Assembly: GCA_963713045.1 (NCBI GenBank)
Contig: CAVQKE010000001.1
Span: 689,893 to 753,892, forward strand
Origin: an uncultured delta proteobacterium
Lineage (GTDB): Bacteria; Myxococcota; Myxococcia; Myxococcales; Myxococcaceae
Reading direction: 5' to 3'
Length of the DNA: 64,000 bases
Shown here: positions 39,488 through 54,265 of the stretch, in pieces
Position numbering within the stretch: position 1 is the stretch's first letter
How the letters are laid out: every line of letters begins with the position of its first letter
Made by a program: the position numbers and the translations under genes
Notes under the pieces: generated by a model
Told to the model about the DNA's origin: nothing
Databases searched by the model: none
What the model saw: the letters and a program-made list of their open reading frames with translations, nothing else

Positions 39488-40433
39488 CTTCGCCGCGAAG
39501 CCTCCGCTTTCGCTTTGGGTCACGTGCGGTGCAGCTGCTGCTCGACTGGATGAGGCCTTGCACCAGAAAGTCCCGCAGCAGCGCCACCCGCTGCGGGACG
39601 AAGCGGGCGGAGGGGTAGACGACGTGGAGCGCGCCTCCGGGATGGGTGTAGTCCGGCAGGACCTGCACCAGCCGGCCCCTTTCAATGTCCGAGGCACAGG
39701 TGGTCCACGGGACCAGTCCAATGCCGCTTCCGGCCAGCAGCATCTGTCGAACGAAGGCGAAGTCGTCGGCCGACACGCGGCCTTGGACGTCGACGGTTTC
39801 CACCCCGTGGGGGCCGGTCAATTCCAAGCTGGCCCGCCCGCGCCGGGCGCGGAAGAGGACGCAGTCGTGGCTGGCGAGGTCGGCCACACGCTTCGGCGTC
39901 CCCCGACGGCGCAGGTAACCCGGCGCCGCCAACAGCCGCGCTTCCACCATCCCCACCCGGCGCGCCATCAGCGAGGAGTCATCCAGCTTCCCGGCGCGCA
40001 CCGCCAAGTCCACGCCCTCCTCCACCAGGTTGAGGACGCGCCCGGTGAGGACCATCTCCACCTGGATGTCCGGGTTTTGGCGGACGAAACGCGCCACCAG
40101 GCCGGCCAGCATATTCACGCCAACGTCGACCGGCGCGGTGACGCGCACCAACCCTCGCGGTTTGGCTTGCATCTCGGACACCGCCGCCTGCGCCTCGTCC
40201 AGGCCGGACAGCGCGCGCGCCACCTGCTGGTAGTAGGCATGCCCGGCATCGGTCAGGTGCAGGCTTCGGGTGGTGCGCTGCAGGAGGCGCACGCCGAGCT
40301 CCCCTTCGAGGCGGGCCACGCTGCGGCTGACGCTCGACTTGGGCAGGGCGAGCGCCGCCGCCGCCGCGGTGAAGCTGCCCGCTTCCACCACCCGAACGAA
40401 GACCGCCAGATGATTCAAATCCGGTGTTGTCAC
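39477..40433 (-). CDS. LysR-family transcriptional regulator (CrgA/DmlR-like)
   Basis: VFVRVVEAGSFTAAA, LGVRLLQRTTRSLHLTDAG, NLVEEGVDLAVR. Confidence 0.95.
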   Translation of the reverse strand: MTTPDLNHLAVFVRVVEAGSFTAAAAALALPKSSVSRSVARLEGELGVRLLQRTTRSLHLTDAGHAYYQQVARALSGLDEAQAAVSEMQAKPRGLVRVTAPVDVGVNMLAGLVARFVRQNPDIQVEMVLTGRVLNLVEEGVDLAVRAGKLDDSSLMARRVGMVEARLLAAPGYLRRRGTPKRVADLASHDCVLFRARRGRASLELTGPHGVETVDVQGRVSADDFAFVRQMLLAGSGIGLVPWTTCASDIERGRLVQVLPDYTHPGGALHVVYPSARFVPQRVALLRDFLVQGLIQSSSSCTARDPKRKRRLRGEVTG

Positions 40434-40443
40434 AGGGGCAACA
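40425..40443. promoter_or_regulatory. LysR-type T-N11-A operator (TGTTG-N9-CAACA)
   Basis: Perfect inverted repeat overlapping the lysR start, between divergent lysR and doxX genes. Confidence 0.65.
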
Positions 40444-40498
40444 GTCTATCCCCTGGGCGAAATTGTCCCACCGCGTCCGCGGCGTTAGGAGGCCCGGC

Positions 40499-40909
40499 AT
40501 GCGCATCCTGACCCTCGTCGCTCGCATTTTGCTGGGGCTCATCTTCTTCGTCTTCGGCCTCAACGGCTTCTTTCACTTCATCCCCCAGCCGGCGCCACCG
40601 CCGGCAGCCGGGGCGTTCGCCGGCGCGCTGCTGGCCACTGGGTACTTCTTCCCGCTTTTAAAAACCGTGGAGACGGCAAGCGGATTCTTGCTGTTGACGG
40701 GGCGCTTCGTCCCGCTGGCACTCACCCTACTGGCCCCGATTGTGGTGAATATTTTCGCCTTCCACGCCTTCCTCCTCCCGGGCGGCCTCGCCCTGGCCAC
40801 GGTGGTGGTGGTGTTGGAGGTGTTTCTGGCCCTTCGTTACCGGAGCGCCTTTGCGCCGATGCTGAAGGCCCGCGTTCAGCCGGACGGTGCAGTAACCGCT
40901 GGGCGTTAG
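40499..40909 (+). CDS. DoxX-family membrane protein
   Basis: AGGAGG RBS; ARILLGLIFFVFGLNGF, GYFFPLLK..E, LAPIVVNI. Confidence 0.85.
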   Translation: MRILTLVARILLGLIFFVFGLNGFFHFIPQPAPPPAAGAFAGALLATGYFFPLLKTVETASGFLLLTGRFVPLALTLLAPIVVNIFAFHAFLLPGGLALATVVVVLEVFLALRYRSAFAPMLKARVQPDGAVTAGR

Positions 40910-42051
40910 CCGGCCCCTCCGCCCAGCCTTCGGCGGGCCTCCTGGACTTTGCGCAGCGCCTCCTCGGGGGAGGCGGCAATGGCCGAGAGGTGGCCCATTT
41001 TTCGGCCCGGACGCGCCACGCGCTTGCCGTACAGGTGCACACTGACGCCAGAGAGAGACAGCGCGGCGTCGAAGTGCGGCGGCTCGGGCATCAGCCACAA
41101 CTCTCCGAGGAGGTTGACGATGGCGGCCGGCGCCAGCACTTCGGTGGAACCGAGCGGCAAGTCGCACACGGCGCGGGTCACTTGCTCGAATTGGCTGGTG
41201 GCACAGGCCACCTCGGTGGTGTGGAAGGTGTTGTGGGGGCGGGGGGCCAATTCGTTGACCAGCAGCTGCCCGTCTTCGGTGCAGAAGAATTCAGCCACCA
41301 AAAGGCCCTCCACCCCCAGCGCCTCGGCGATGGCCGTCGTCGTCTCCTCGGCGGCACGGGACAGCTGGGCTGAGAAGGGACCGGGAAGGACGCTCCACTC
41401 AAGAATGCCCCGCACATGGTGGTTGAGCGCCGGCGGGTAGGCCCGGCACTCCCCGGAGGGCCGGCGAGCCACCAGCACCGACAACTCCTGGCGCAGCGCC
41501 AGCGCTTGCTCCACCACCACCGGGCCGCCGCCCAAGGTGGCCCAGGCAGCCGGGACGTCCGCTTCGGAGCGCACCACCGCCTGGCCTCGGCCGTCATAGC
41601 CGCCGCGGGTGGACTTGACGTAGGCCTTCCCCCCCAGGGCCTGCAGCGCGGACACCACCGACGCCTCCGAGGCGGCCTTTCGGTAAGGGCCCACCGGAAA
41701 GCCGTGGGCAGAAAGCCAGTCCTTCTGCCGGGCGCGGTCCTGAATGGTGAACAGGACCTCGGGCCCAGGCCGCATCGGCGTCAACGCTTGGACGGCGCGC
41801 AGCGCGTCCACGGAAATTTTCTCAATCTCCACGGTGACCACTTGGCTCTGGCGCGCCAGCTGGCGAGCCGCCTCGACGTCGTCGAAGGAAGCGGTGATGC
41901 AGCTTTCCACGACGAAGCGCGCCGCGCAGGAGGGGTCCGGGTCCACCGCCGCCAGGTGGTAGCCGAGGGAGCGCGCGGCCATGGCCGTCATTCTTCCCAG
42001 TTGTCCGCCGCCGAGAATGCCCAGCGTGCTTCCCGGGAGAATGGGGCTCAT
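40906..42051 (-). CDS. purK: N5-carboxyaminoimidazole ribonucleotide synthase
   Basis: [46 protein letters not shown]. Confidence 0.97.
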   Translation of the reverse strand: MSPILPGSTLGILGGGQLGRMTAMAARSLGYHLAAVDPDPSCAARFVVESCITASFDDVEAARQLARQSQVVTVEIEKISVDALRAVQALTPMRPGPEVLFTIQDRARQKDWLSAHGFPVGPYRKAASEASVVSALQALGGKAYVKSTRGGYDGRGQAVVRSEADVPAAWATLGGGPVVVEQALALRQELSVLVARRPSGECRAYPPALNHHVRGILEWSVLPGPFSAQLSRAAEETTTAIAEALGVEGLLVAEFFCTEDGQLLVNELAPRPHNTFHTTEVACATSQFEQVTRAVCDLPLGSTEVLAPAAIVNLLGELWLMPEPPHFDAALSLSGVSVHLYGKRVARPGRKMGHLSAIAASPEEALRKVQEARRRLGGGAG

Positions 42052-42551
42052 GAAAGGTCGCTCTCGCGGGCCTCCCGGGCACGCGCTTCACGCCAGGCCC
42101 GGAGCCGCTCGCGGACTTCCGGATGCTGCAGGGCCACAATCTCCGAGGCCAACAGGCCGGCGTTGGCCGCACCGGGCTTGCCGATGGCCAGCGTCCCCAC
42201 CGGGACGCCTTTCGGCATTTGGACGATGGAGAGGAGCGCGTCCAGCCCATTGAGCGCGGTGGCCGGGACGGGCACGCCCAGCACCGGAATCAGCGTCTTG
42301 GCCGCCACCATGCCGGGCAAGTGGGCCGCCCCCCCAGCGGCGGCGATGATGACCAACAGGCCCCGCTCCTCGGCGCTCTCGGCATAGGCAAACATGTCGT
42401 CCGGCGTCCGGTGGGCCGAGACCACCTTGGCCTCGAAGGCCACCCCCAGTTCGGTCAGCACCTTGGCCGCGGGCTGAAGGTATTCCCAGTCACTCTTACT
42501 GCCGAGGATGAGGCCGACCAGCGGGGTGGCGACAGGCTCCGGCTGCTCCAT
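42048..42551 (-). CDS. purE: N5-CAIR mutase
   Basis: [33 protein letters not shown]. Confidence 0.97.
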   Translation of the reverse strand: MEQPEPVATPLVGLILGSKSDWEYLQPAAKVLTELGVAFEAKVVSAHRTPDDMFAYAESAEERGLLVIIAAAGGAAHLPGMVAAKTLIPVLGVPVPATALNGLDALLSIVQMPKGVPVGTLAIGKPGAANAGLLASEIVALQHPEVRERLRAWREARAREARESDLS

Positions 42552-42556
42552 CCACG

Positions 42557-43942
42557 CTAGCCTAGTCCAGCCGCACTGGAGCCGCCGAGTTCTCGCTGGG
42601 CGCGCGCCACCGTGGATTCAATCAGTTTCTGGATTTCGGCCAGCCGCGCCTCGGTCCGGGCTTCAAACCGCAGCACCAACAGCGGCTGGGTGTTGGAGGC
42701 GCGAATCAGCCCCCAGCCGTCGGAGAAGGTCACCCGCACCCCGTCCACCTCGATGATGTCATGCCCGGCGGTGCGCAGCAGTTCGGTGGCCCGCCGGACC
42801 AGGGCAAACTTCTTCTCCTCCGGGACGTCGAAGCGAATCTCCGGGCTGGCGTAGGTCTTCGGCACGTCGGCCAAGAGGTGGCTCAACGGGCGGTCGGTAT
42901 GCGTCAAAATCTCCAGCAGACGGGCGGTGGCGTAGACGGCGTCGTCGAAGCCGAAGTAGCGGTGCTTGAAGAAGATGTGGCCGCTCATCTCCCCGGCCAG
43001 CTGGGCGTCCGTCTCCTTCATCTTCGCCTTGATGAGGCTGTGCCCGGCCTTCCACATGATGGGCCTTCCGCCCCGCCGCGCGATGTCCTCGTACAGCGTC
43101 GCGCTGCATTTCACCTCGCCGACAATGGCGCTTCCGGGAACCTCGGCCAGGACGCTGCGGGCAAAAAGAATCATCAGTTGGTCGCCCCACAGCACCTGCC
43201 CCTGGTCGTCGATGACGCCAATCCGGTCGGCGTCGCCGTCGTAGGCAATCCCCACCTCGGCCTTCTCCCGGCGCACGGCGGCGATGAGGTCCTGGAGGTT
43301 GGCTGGCACCGTCGGGTCGGGGTGGTGGTTCGGAAAGCGGGCGTCCATCTCACAGAAGAGGGGAACCACCTCGAAGCCCATGCTGCGGAACAGCGGCACC
43401 GCCACTTCGCCGCCGGTGCCATTTCCCGCGTCGATGACGACCCGCATGCTGCGTCCCATGTGGACCGTCTGGCGGATGAAGTGCACATAGGGCGTCACAA
43501 TGTCGAAGTCGGTCCGCTTTCCACTGCGGCCACTCTCAAAGTCCTCCGCCTCCATCAGCTGGCGCAGGGCCTGAATTTCATGCCCAAACAGCGTGGTGCG
43601 TCCGTGGCCGACTTTGAAGCCGTTGTACTCCGGCGGGTTGTGGCTCCCGGTAATCATCGCGAGGCCGTCCACCGGCAGGGTGTTGGCAGCAAAGTAGGTG
43701 AGGGGGGTGGGCACCACGCCCACGTCCAGGACGTCGAGGCCGGTGGCCAGCAGCCCCGCGCACAGTGCATCGCGAAACCGGGGGCTGCTGGCTCGGCAGT
43801 CCCGGCCCACCGTGGCGCTGTGACCGCCCTTGCGGCGGATGACGGTACCCAGGCCTCGACCCAGCTTCTCCACCAGCGCGTCGGTGAGGTCCGTGTCCAC
43901 CAGCCCGCGGATGTCGTACTCGCGAAAAATGTGTGAATGCAT
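42557..43942 (-). CDS. Phosphomannomutase/phosphoglucomutase
   Basis: [41 protein letters not shown]. Confidence 0.95.
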   Translation of the reverse strand: MHSHIFREYDIRGLVDTDLTDALVEKLGRGLGTVIRRKGGHSATVGRDCRASSPRFRDALCAGLLATGLDVLDVGVVPTPLTYFAANTLPVDGLAMITGSHNPPEYNGFKVGHGRTTLFGHEIQALRQLMEAEDFESGRSGKRTDFDIVTPYVHFIRQTVHMGRSMRVVIDAGNGTGGEVAVPLFRSMGFEVVPLFCEMDARFPNHHPDPTVPANLQDLIAAVRREKAEVGIAYDGDADRIGVIDDQGQVLWGDQLMILFARSVLAEVPGSAIVGEVKCSATLYEDIARRGGRPIMWKAGHSLIKAKMKETDAQLAGEMSGHIFFKHRYFGFDDAVYATARLLEILTHTDRPLSHLLADVPKTYASPEIRFDVPEEKKFALVRRATELLRTAGHDIIEVDGVRVTFSDGWGLIRASNTQPLLVLRFEARTEARLAEIQKLIESTVARAQRELGGSSAAGLG

Positions 43943-43954
43943 GGTTCTCTCGCT

Positions 43955-45018
43955 TTAGAGGGCCCGCGTCATGCGCTTGAGCTTGAGCGCCTCAACCACC
44001 TGACGGACGTCCTGGCTTCGCTCGCGCGGGAGGACCAGCACCGCGTCGCCCGCATCTACCACCACCGTGTCGCGCATCCCCAGCACCACCAACGTGCGGG
44101 CCGTCCCCAGCACCACGCATCCTGCCGAATCCAGCACCACGGTGGACTCTCCCACCACCACGTTGCCGTTGGCGTCCTGGGGACGGACTTCGGCCAGGGC
44201 GGCGAAGCTGCCGACGTCGGACCAACCGAAGTCCCCCGGGACGACCGCGATGTTGCGCGCCTTCTCCATCACCGCGTAGTCCACCGACACCGAGGGAAAG
44301 CGCGGGAAGACACGGGCCAGGGCCTTCGCGAACCCGCGCTTGCCAATCCGGGGGGCCAGCCGGTCCATGGCCTCGGCCACCTGGGGCAGGTAGCGGCCGA
44401 AGGCCTCCTGCATGGCCCGCGCGGTGAAGACGAACATTCCGCCGTTCCACAGGTATTCCTTGGAATTCACGTACTCGGCGGCAGTCAGCGGGTCCGGCTT
44501 TTCGACGAAGGCCTGCACCCGGAAGGCGCCTTCGCTGAGTGGCGTCCCGAGCCGGATGTAGCCGTAGCCCGTTTCCGGCCGGGTGGGCTGGATGCCCACC
44601 GTCACCAGTTGCCCCGTCCGGGCAACCTTGGCTGCCCGCTGCAGCACGGCGCGAAACTCTCGCCGGTCGGCCACATGGTGGTCCGAGGGCAGCACCGCCA
44701 GCACCGCCTCGGGGTCAATGGCGCCAATCACCCAAGTCGCCAGGGCGATGGCCGGTCCGGTATTTCGCGCCGCTGGCTCCACCAGCACGTGTTGGGCGGA
44801 AGCGCGGGGCACAGTTTCCGCACCAGCGGGGCGTGGCTCTTGCCACACACCACATACGTCTGGGCGGGGGTGGCCAAGCCCTTCAGGCGCTGAAGCGTCT
44901 CCACGAGGAGGGGCTTCGAGGAGACGAGTGGCAGAAACTGCTTGGGACGGCCCACCCGCGAGAGGGGCCAAAAGCGCGTTCCCGAACCGCCCGCCACCAC
45001 CACCGGGTACAGTTTCAT
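43955..45018 (-). CDS. manC: Mannose-1-phosphate guanylyltransferase; one apparent indel near 44798
   Basis: VAGGSGTRFWPLSR..PKQFL in one frame; EPAARNT, PSDH, PETGYGYI, FVEKP, WNGGMF, SVDYAVMEK, GWSDVG in the next. Confidence 0.92.
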
Positions 45019-45620
45019 GGTCGACGCAGTTCCTTCCAGGCGGGCAGCTCCGCCGACTGGTCCAACAGGTTCCGCAAAATACGGCCGGTCACACCCCAAA
45101 TGGTGTGTCCGGCGTATTCGAAGAAGAAGACGTCGCGCTCGACACCGCGAATGCGGTGGCGCTCCACCCGCTGACGGGAAGGCTGAAGGAGGGCCCACAG
45201 CGGCACTTCCAGGACTTCGGCAATCTCGCTGGGGTTGGGCCGAAGGACGACGCCGGGCAGCAGGCGTCCGACGAAGGGGGTGACGCGAAATTCGGTGATG
45301 GTGGGAATCTCATCCAGCATGCCCAGCACCTGGACGTCCTCGGCGCGGACCGCCAGCTCCTCCTGCAACTCCCGCAGCGCGGTGTGCAACGGGGTGGCGT
45401 CGGAGGCGTCTCTCACCCCGCCGGGGAAGGAAATTTGGCCCCCGTGCCGACGCATCGTCTTCGGCCGCCGGGTGAAAAGGATGCTGGGCGTTCCGGCGCT
45501 CCAGCAAAGAGGCACCATCACCGCCGCTTCGCGCAACCCCCCTTCCGGCCAGTCCAGGGGCTGGCCGGGGTGCTCACGCAGACGGGCGGCAAGCTCTTCG
45601 AAGAGGGGCTCCACGGGCAT
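45015..45620 (-). CDS. Nudix hydrolase, CoA pyrophosphatase (NudL-like)
   Basis: AAVMVPL, HGGQISFPGG, ALRELQEEL, TIWGVTG. Confidence 0.9.
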   Translation of the reverse strand: MPVEPLFEELAARLREHPGQPLDWPEGGLREAAVMVPLCWSAGTPSILFTRRPKTMRRHGGQISFPGGVRDASDATPLHTALRELQEELAVRAEDVQVLGMLDEIPTITEFRVTPFVGRLLPGVVLRPNPSEIAEVLEVPLWALLQPSRQRVERHRIRGVERDVFFFEYAGHTIWGVTGRILRNLLDQSAELPAWKELRRP

Positions 45621-45623
45621 TCG

Positions 45624-46511
45624 CTACTGGCTGCCCGGTGCCGGCAAAGGCAGCGCCAGGGCGGCCAGCGCCGCCGGGGCGGCCTCCGGCTGGGGGCTGA
45701 GCCGGCCGGTGGCCAGCAGCACCAGGAGCAGCCCGCCAAGGAGGAGACGGTAGACAATGAAGACGGCGGTCGACTGCGTCCGCAGGTAACGCAACAGCCA
45801 GGCGATGGAGAGCAGTCCGGTGACGAAGGCCACCGCCGTCCCCACCAGCACGTCCGGGCCGGTGAAAGGCTCCCCGCTGCGGACCAGGTGGCGCATCTCA
45901 AACAGTCCGGCGGCGGCGGTGGCCGGGACACTGAGGAGGAAGGAATAGCGGGCGGCGTCCTCCCGGCGAAAGCCCAGGGCGAGGCCGCCGGTGAGGGTGG
46001 TGCCCGAGCGACTGGAGCCGGGAATGAGGGCCAACGCCTGGCACAGGCCGATGACGATGGCGTCGGGCCACCGCATGTCGGCGAGCGTCCGCGTGTGCCG
46101 CGCCATCCGCTCGGCCAACAGAAGGACCAGCGCCAGGCCCACCATCGCCCAGGCGATGACGTACAGAGAACGTAACGACGTCTCAATGTCGTGTTTGAAG
46201 GACAGGCCGAGGACGGCGACCGGCAGCGTCCCCACCAGGACAAACCAGGCCACCCGGGCGTCCTGGGTGGCAAATGGGGTGCCGTGCAGAAGCCCCTGGA
46301 AAAAGGCCCGGGTGAGGCGAACCAAATCGCCCCAGAAATACACCACCACCGCCGCCACCGTGCCGAGCTGAATCATCGCCGTGTAGGCCGCGCCGGCGTC
46401 TGGCCAGCCCAGCAACTCAGGCACGATGCGAAGATGGGCGGTGGAGCTGATGGGCAGAAACTCAGTGACGCCCTGGACGACACCCAGGACGATGGCGCGG
46501 AGGAGTCCCAT
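45624..46511 (-). CDS. uppP: Undecaprenyl-diphosphate phosphatase
   Basis: VQGVTEFLPISSTAHL, IQLG, ALIPGSSRSGTT, ARYSFLL. Confidence 0.95.
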   Translation of the reverse strand: MGLLRAIVLGVVQGVTEFLPISSTAHLRIVPELLGWPDAGAAYTAMIQLGTVAAVVVYFWGDLVRLTRAFFQGLLHGTPFATQDARVAWFVLVGTLPVAVLGLSFKHDIETSLRSLYVIAWAMVGLALVLLLAERMARHTRTLADMRWPDAIVIGLCQALALIPGSSRSGTTLTGGLALGFRREDAARYSFLLSVPATAAAGLFEMRHLVRSGEPFTGPDVLVGTAVAFVTGLLSIAWLLRYLRTQSTAVFIVYRLLLGGLLLVLLATGRLSPQPEAAPAALAALALPLPAPGSQ

Positions 46512-46652
46512 GTGAGGCCGCACCTCATTGCGCAAAGCGCCATCCCCAAGCAAGGGTGAAAGGAAACCCCCCATCGGGACGGCCCGCACCCCTGGGGGGG
46601 CAGGGCGGCGCATTGGCGGCGCCAGAGGCGGTGCTAGGGTGCGGCCCCGCCG

Positions 46653-50739
<4,087 letters not shown>

Positions 50740-50750
50740 AGTCACCTCCC

Positions 50751-50827
50751 TTATAACCCACAAACTGAGCTTGACAGGTTATAAGCCGCGTCGCTATATA
50801 ACCACCAACTAGCCATTTTAAGGGTTA
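50751..50827 (+). promoter_or_regulatory. Sigma70-like promoter (TTGACA 50771-50776, TATATA 50795-50800) overlapped by two TAACC...GGTTA inverted repeats
   Basis: AT-rich patch; TTATAACC-N18-GGTTATAA (50751-50784) and TAACC-N19-GGTTA (50799-50827). Confidence 0.65.
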
Positions 50828-50842
50828 GTGGAGGTCTCTGCC

Positions 50843-50992
50843 ATGCGATTCGCCCACCTGTTCCGCGTCCTGTCCCCGGAATTGCTGTTTGGTCTCTTCC
50901 AAGTCCTCCTCTGGCTGCTGTTGGCGGTGGAGGTGTCGGTCCGCGTGGTGGCGCCTCTGGCCGAGGCCTTCGCCGGGCCGTTGGGTGCCTAA
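50843..50992 (+). CDS. 49-aa small membrane protein (below ORF-track cutoff)
   Basis: GGAGG 8 nt before the ATG; MRFAHLFRVLSPELLFGLFQVLLWLLLAVEVSVRVVAPLAEAFAGPLGA; lies downstream of the promoter above. Confidence 0.6.
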   Translation: MRFAHLFRVLSPELLFGLFQVLLWLLLAVEVSVRVVAPLAEAFAGPLGA

Positions 50993-51037
50993 GGCCGAGG
51001 CAGGCTGCGGCGCCGGGCCCCGCCCGGGCCCGGGCCT

Positions 51038-51307
51038 TCAGCTGCAGCCGAGGACGTCCGCCGCAGCGTCCCGAACGCAGGTGCCCGCGTCCAGCACGGG
51101 CTCGCTGCCCGGCGTACAGATTGGGCCGCCGCCGCAGTGCACCTCCACGTGGACACTGCACCCACCATCCGTCAGCGCTGCGGCACACCACACCGGCACG
51201 CCGGGCGAGCAGCCCACAGCCGGGCCGGCGAGCAGAAACATGGCGAGGGCCAGCCCTGCGCGACGCCGGGCAGGCTGGGGCACGGGCAGGGTTGAGGCGC
51301 TTTGCAA
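51038..51307 (-). CDS. Small Cys-rich putative lipoprotein
   Basis: Hydrophobic stretch ending AVG-C, then six more Cys in about 55 aa. Start uncertain. Confidence 0.55.
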   Translation of the reverse strand: MQSASTLPVPQPARRRAGLALAMFLLAGPAVGCSPGVPVWCAAALTDGGCSVHVEVHCGGGPICTPGSEPVLDAGTCVRDAAADVLGCS

Positions 51308-51330
51308 CGGGCCCTCCGGGGGGGCTTTCC

Positions 51331-52506
51331 TTACGCGCCCACCGCGCGCAGGTGCCGCTCGCCGACGGCTTCCCGCAGAGCGTCCTTCATGTCGGTTCGC
51401 TCCCAGGTGAAGTCCTTGTCCTGGCGGCCGAAGTGGCCGCCCGAGGCGGTGCGCTGGTAAATGGGCCGCAGCAAGTCCAGATGCTGAATAATTTCTCGCG
51501 GCTTGAGGCCAAACGTCCGCCGCACCGCCTGGGCAATTCGCGCCTCATCCGCCCGCGCCGTCCCGAAGGTATCCACCATCACCGACACCGGGTCGGCCAC
51601 GCCAATGGCGTAGGACACCTGCACCTCGCAGCGGTCGGCCAGTCCGGCGGCGACGACGTTTTTGGCGATGTAGCGGCCCATGTAAGCCGCGCTTCGGTCC
51701 ACCTTGGAGGGGTCCTTCCCGCTGAAGGCGCCGCCGCCGTGCCGCCCCATTCCTCCGTAGGTGTCCACAATAATTTTGCGTCCAGTGACGCCGGAGTCGC
51801 CCATCGGCCCGCCGATGACGAAGCGGCCGGTGGGGTTGATGTGGAAACGCGTCTTTCTGTCCAACAGCCGCCTGGGGATGGCCTTGGCGATGACGTCCTC
51901 CATCACCGCGGCGTGAATTTTCTTGTTGGAGGCGTCCTCGGAATGCTGGGTGGAAACCACCACCGTGTCGATGCGGACCGGGCGACCGTCCACGTACTGC
52001 ACCGTCACCTGGCTTTTTCCATCCGGACGAAGCCAGGGGTGCAGCTTGCGCCGCACCTCCGCCAGCCGACGGGTCAGCGCATGCGCGTAGTGGATGGGCG
52101 CCGGCATCAGGTCGGCGGTCTCATTGCAGGCGTAGCCAAACATCATCCCCTGGTCGCCCGCCCCCTGTTCTTTGTTGTTGTCCACCCCGCGAGCGATGTC
52201 CTGGCTTTGCCCTTCAATGGCCACCATCACCCCGCAGGTGTGGCCGTCGAAGCCCATCGTGCTGTCGGTGTAGCCAATGCGGACAATGGTGCTGCGCACA
52301 ATTCTGGGAATCTCCACGTAGGCCGAGGTGGTGACTTCCCCAGCCACCACGCACAGGCCCGTCTTCACCAGCGTCTCCACCGCGACGCGCCCGTGGATGT
52401 CCTGGGCAATGATGGCATCCAGAATGCCGTCGCTGATTTGGTCAGCCACCTTGTCCGGGTGACCCTCGGTGACGGACTCTGACGTAAAGAGGAAGTCCCT
52501 CGGCAT
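51331..52506 (-). CDS. metK: S-adenosylmethionine synthetase
   Basis: [46 protein letters not shown]. Confidence 0.98.
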   Translation of the reverse strand: MPRDFLFTSESVTEGHPDKVADQISDGILDAIIAQDIHGRVAVETLVKTGLCVVAGEVTTSAYVEIPRIVRSTIVRIGYTDSTMGFDGHTCGVMVAIEGQSQDIARGVDNNKEQGAGDQGMMFGYACNETADLMPAPIHYAHALTRRLAEVRRKLHPWLRPDGKSQVTVQYVDGRPVRIDTVVVSTQHSEDASNKKIHAAVMEDVIAKAIPRRLLDRKTRFHINPTGRFVIGGPMGDSGVTGRKIIVDTYGGMGRHGGGAFSGKDPSKVDRSAAYMGRYIAKNVVAAGLADRCEVQVSYAIGVADPVSVMVDTFGTARADEARIAQAVRRTFGLKPREIIQHLDLLRPIYQRTASGGHFGRQDKDFTWERTDMKDALREAVGERHLRAVGA

Positions 52507-52556
52507 GGCTTTGTGCTCCAGCTAAAAAAGAGGCGCGCACACTATGCAGGCGGGCA

Positions 52557-54170
52557 TTAGCGCGTCAAACCGGGCCCCGGCACCACCAGCACCGCCTCCT
52601 CTTGCAGCGGCCCTTCCTCGCCGGCCAACAGCGCCGCCAGCGCCTCGCCCGGGAGGAGGCGCGGGCGCAGCCGCTTCCAGCGCAACACAGGCTGAAGCTG
52701 CGAGCGCTGAGTGGCCGGCAGGGCCTCCCAGTCCTGCCGCGGGAGAATGACGGCGGCGCCCTCGGACAGCGCGGCCTGCGTCTCCGCCCCGTCATTCACC
52801 CGTCGCACCGTCCGGCGGACGAGCAATTCGTACAGCCCCGGTTCCTGGCGCCAGATGACGACCGGCCGCTGGCCAGCCGCGGCCCAGGCCGCTGCCGGCA
52901 CCGGCGGCGGGTTGACGACGGGCAGCACCAGGGCCAGGGCCAAGACGGCGGCCCCGGCGTAACCCACCGCCGCGGCATCGACGCGCAGCCGCCACAGGGC
53001 CACCGCCGCCAGGCCAAGCAGCACCCCCATGCCGCACAGGGCCAGCCGGGCCGCGCTGGGCAACGGGACGCGCAGCACCAGCAGCGGCACCACCGCCAAC
53101 AGCGCGAAGAGGGCCGCGGTGGCCCGGGCGGCCAGCGGGCGCGGCTGCTCCGGAACGGCGGCCAACAGCAGCAGCGGCAACAGGCAGGGCACCACGTAGT
53201 GCGACTGCTTCAGGCCAGGCAGGGAGAAGATGAGCAACACCGCAGCCAGCCACAGGCCGCACACCAGCCGCAGGCCGGGCGTGGCCGCGCGCCACTGGAC
53301 AAGGCCCACCCAGGGCAGCGCCAACAGCAACAGGACCAGGAAGAGCCAGCCTTCTGCCGTCAGCGTCCAGGGCACGGAGAATTTTCCGAAGTTCTCCACC
53401 AGGATGAAGCGTTCCAGAAAGGGCCAGCCGTGCTTGGCCGCCATCGCCAAAAACCACGGGGCGCTCACCGCCACCGCCACCGCTGGCGCCGCCACCGCCC
53501 AACGGCTGCGCAGCAGCGCCGGCGCACGCACTGCCAACAGCGCCGCCGTGACGGAGAAAATCAGCAGCGGTCCAACCGGCCCCTTCAGCAGCGCCGAGAC
53601 GCCGGCTGCCAACCCCACGGCGAGAAGCAGCCGGGGCCGCCGCTGCTGCGCGGCCACCCAGGCCGCCTCGACGCCCAGCGCCAGGGCCAGCGCCAAAGGA
53701 ACGTCCATCATCGCCAGACGGCCATAGCGAAGCACGCCCAGCGACGTTCCCAAGAGGAGGACGCCGCGGGCCCACGCCGCCTCTCCGCCAAAGCGGCGCG
53801 CCAGCCGCCCGGCCACCAGGGCCAGCAGCAGCGCGCACAGCGCCACCGGCAGCCGGGCGGCCCACAGGTGCGGACCGAAGGCGCGCAGGCACAGGGCTGA
53901 GGCCCAGTACAGAAGCGGTGGCTTGGTGAAGTCCGGCTGCCCTTCCAAGGTGGGCGTCAGCCAGGTCCCGTGCTGCGCCATCTCGTTGGCCAGCGAGAGG
54001 TAGAGCCGCTCATCAGGGTGGGTGCCGCCGGAGGGGGAACCCAGCCCAGCGGTCAGCACCGCGGCCACCACCGCCACCGGAAGCAGCCGACTGCTCGCCC
54101 ACTCCCGCCAGGTTGGCGTCGCCGCGGGCTGCTCGGTCAAAAGAGAGACGGAGGAGGGTTGCAAAACCAT
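52557..54170 (-). CDS. ArnT/PMT-like GT-C membrane glycosyltransferase
   Basis: HPDERLY, KPPLLYW, AARLP, MMDVP, LLKGPVG, K.SHY..P motifs; many TM helices. Confidence 0.85.
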   Translation of the reverse strand: MVLQPSSVSLLTEQPAATPTWREWASSRLLPVAVVAAVLTAGLGSPSGGTHPDERLYLSLANEMAQHGTWLTPTLEGQPDFTKPPLLYWASALCLRAFGPHLWAARLPVALCALLLALVAGRLARRFGGEAAWARGVLLLGTSLGVLRYGRLAMMDVPLALALALGVEAAWVAAQQRRPRLLLAVGLAAGVSALLKGPVGPLLIFSVTAALLAVRAPALLRSRWAVAAPAVAVAVSAPWFLAMAAKHGWPFLERFILVENFGKFSVPWTLTAEGWLFLVLLLLALPWVGLVQWRAATPGLRLVCGLWLAAVLLIFSLPGLKQSHYVVPCLLPLLLLAAVPEQPRPLAARATAALFALLAVVPLLVLRVPLPSAARLALCGMGVLLGLAAVALWRLRVDAAAVGYAGAAVLALALVLPVVNPPPVPAAAWAAAGQRPVVIWRQEPGLYELLVRRTVRRVNDGAETQAALSEGAAVILPRQDWEALPATQRSQLQPVLRWKRLRPRLLPGEALAALLAGEEGPLQEEAVLVVPGPGLTR

Positions 54171-54265
54171 ACCGGCCAGGCGGCCCCACCACCCTGGGGG
54201 GCCACGCGCACCCCCCGGGGGGGCGCGCGCCGTTGCTGGGTGTAGCACAGCCTTGGAGCGACCGG

